Below are positions 17,494-18,010 of a DNA stretch of 18,010 nt, piece after piece. Source of the stretch: Thermoproteota archaeon (lineage in GTDB: Archaea; Korarchaeota; Korarchaeia; Korarchaeales; Korarchaeaceae); assembly GCA_027491415.1 (NCBI GenBank), contig JAOZFH010000057.1:1-18010 (forward strand). The letters are read 5' to 3'. The notes under the pieces are model-generated. The model was not told where the DNA came from and did no database searches. It worked only from the letters and a program-made list of their open reading frames with translations. Numbering within the stretch: the first letter of the stretch is position 1; each line of letters opens with the position of its first letter. The translations under genes were made by a program, and so were the position numbers.

Positions 17494-17856
17494 ATGTCGG
17501 GCGCGATGACCCTGGTGGTGGAGGTCTCCCACAGAGCCGAGTTCGTGGAGCTCGTCCGAGGCTACGTGTCGGAGATGAGGCTGGCCCCCGTCCTGTTCTG
17601 GAGGGAGATCAGGGGGGAGTACGGCCCTGACGGGCCCGAGGCGGAGATCCTCTTCCTCGTGCCGGTCTACCCGCCGGACATAGACTGGGTTATCTGGAGG
17701 TACAGGGAGAGGGTGAGGGCCCCGCCCGGCTCGGGCGAGGCCGAACTCAGGTCCCTGGTGAACTCCGCCGTCGACTCCATGCTCAGGGACGTCGGGGCCG
17801 AGAGGGCGGTGAGGATAACCGGCATGAGCGTGGACGGGGAAGACGTCTGCCGCTGA
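17494..17856 (+). CDS. Hypothetical protein
   Basis: 120 aa with codon usage like its neighbours. TTTTTA at 17475-17480 would favour the second ATG at 17506. No family recognised. Confidence 0.7.
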   Translation: MSGAMTLVVEVSHRAEFVELVRGYVSEMRLAPVLFWREIRGEYGPDGPEAEILFLVPVYPPDIDWVIWRYRERVRAPPGSGEAELRSLVNSAVDSMLRDVGAERAVRITGMSVDGEDVCR

Positions 17857-17903
17857 CGGTTTTACCCGCGAACCCTCAATGTGCCAGGGAGGGGTCAAGG
17901 GCC

Positions 17904-18010
17904 TCAGTAGCCCCAGGAGCCCTGACCCTGCCCCCACCCCCGTCTGCCTCTCCCACGACCTCCCCTCATCCCCATGCCGCGTTCGCGACCCATCCCCATT
18001 CCTCGCCCCC
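17904..18010 (-). CDS. 3' end of a gene with a Gly/Arg/Met-rich tail (as in NifB/NifX-family or similar small proteins); enters from the right edge
   Basis: My translation of the minus strand gives ...GRGMGMGRERGMGMRGGRGRGRRGWGQGQGSWGY*, with the stop at 17906-17904. Absent from the ORF track. Confidence 0.65.
   Translation of the reverse strand, partial: GRGMGMGRERGMGMRGGRGRGRRGWGQGQGSWGY

Overview
High-GC, densely coded window that reads as archaeal: TATA-like boxes sit about 25 nt before GTG/TTG starts, AGG-Arg and ATA-Ile codons are common, and TIP49, MptA, MptE and CofE homologues are present. A thermophilic TACK-type lineage is my inference. In order it holds: the 5' end of an isoaspartyl peptidase/asparaginase; an unexplained ~480-nt gap; a secreted, C-terminally anchored multidomain metallophosphoesterase; a membrane GT2; a DHH/DHHA1 phosphoesterase; an eIF2B-family protein; glmS; TIP49/RuvBL; an AlkP-superfamily protein; osmC; a pterin/folate cluster (mptA, cofE-like, mptE, folP); an AbrB-VapC toxin-antitoxin pair; an MBL-fold hydrolase; a short radical SAM enzyme; a hypothetical protein; and the Gly/Arg-rich tail of a gene entering from the right edge. 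The most notable signal is the folate cluster. Its FolP carries, at the C-terminus, a domain resembling the dihydropteroate-reductase domain normally found N-terminal to FolP, and it clusters with a CofE-type ligase. Together these suggest a DHFR- and FolC-independent route to reduced folate. All assignments come from motif recognition by eye, with no database searches. I found no CRISPR array, tRNA, rRNA or transposase.
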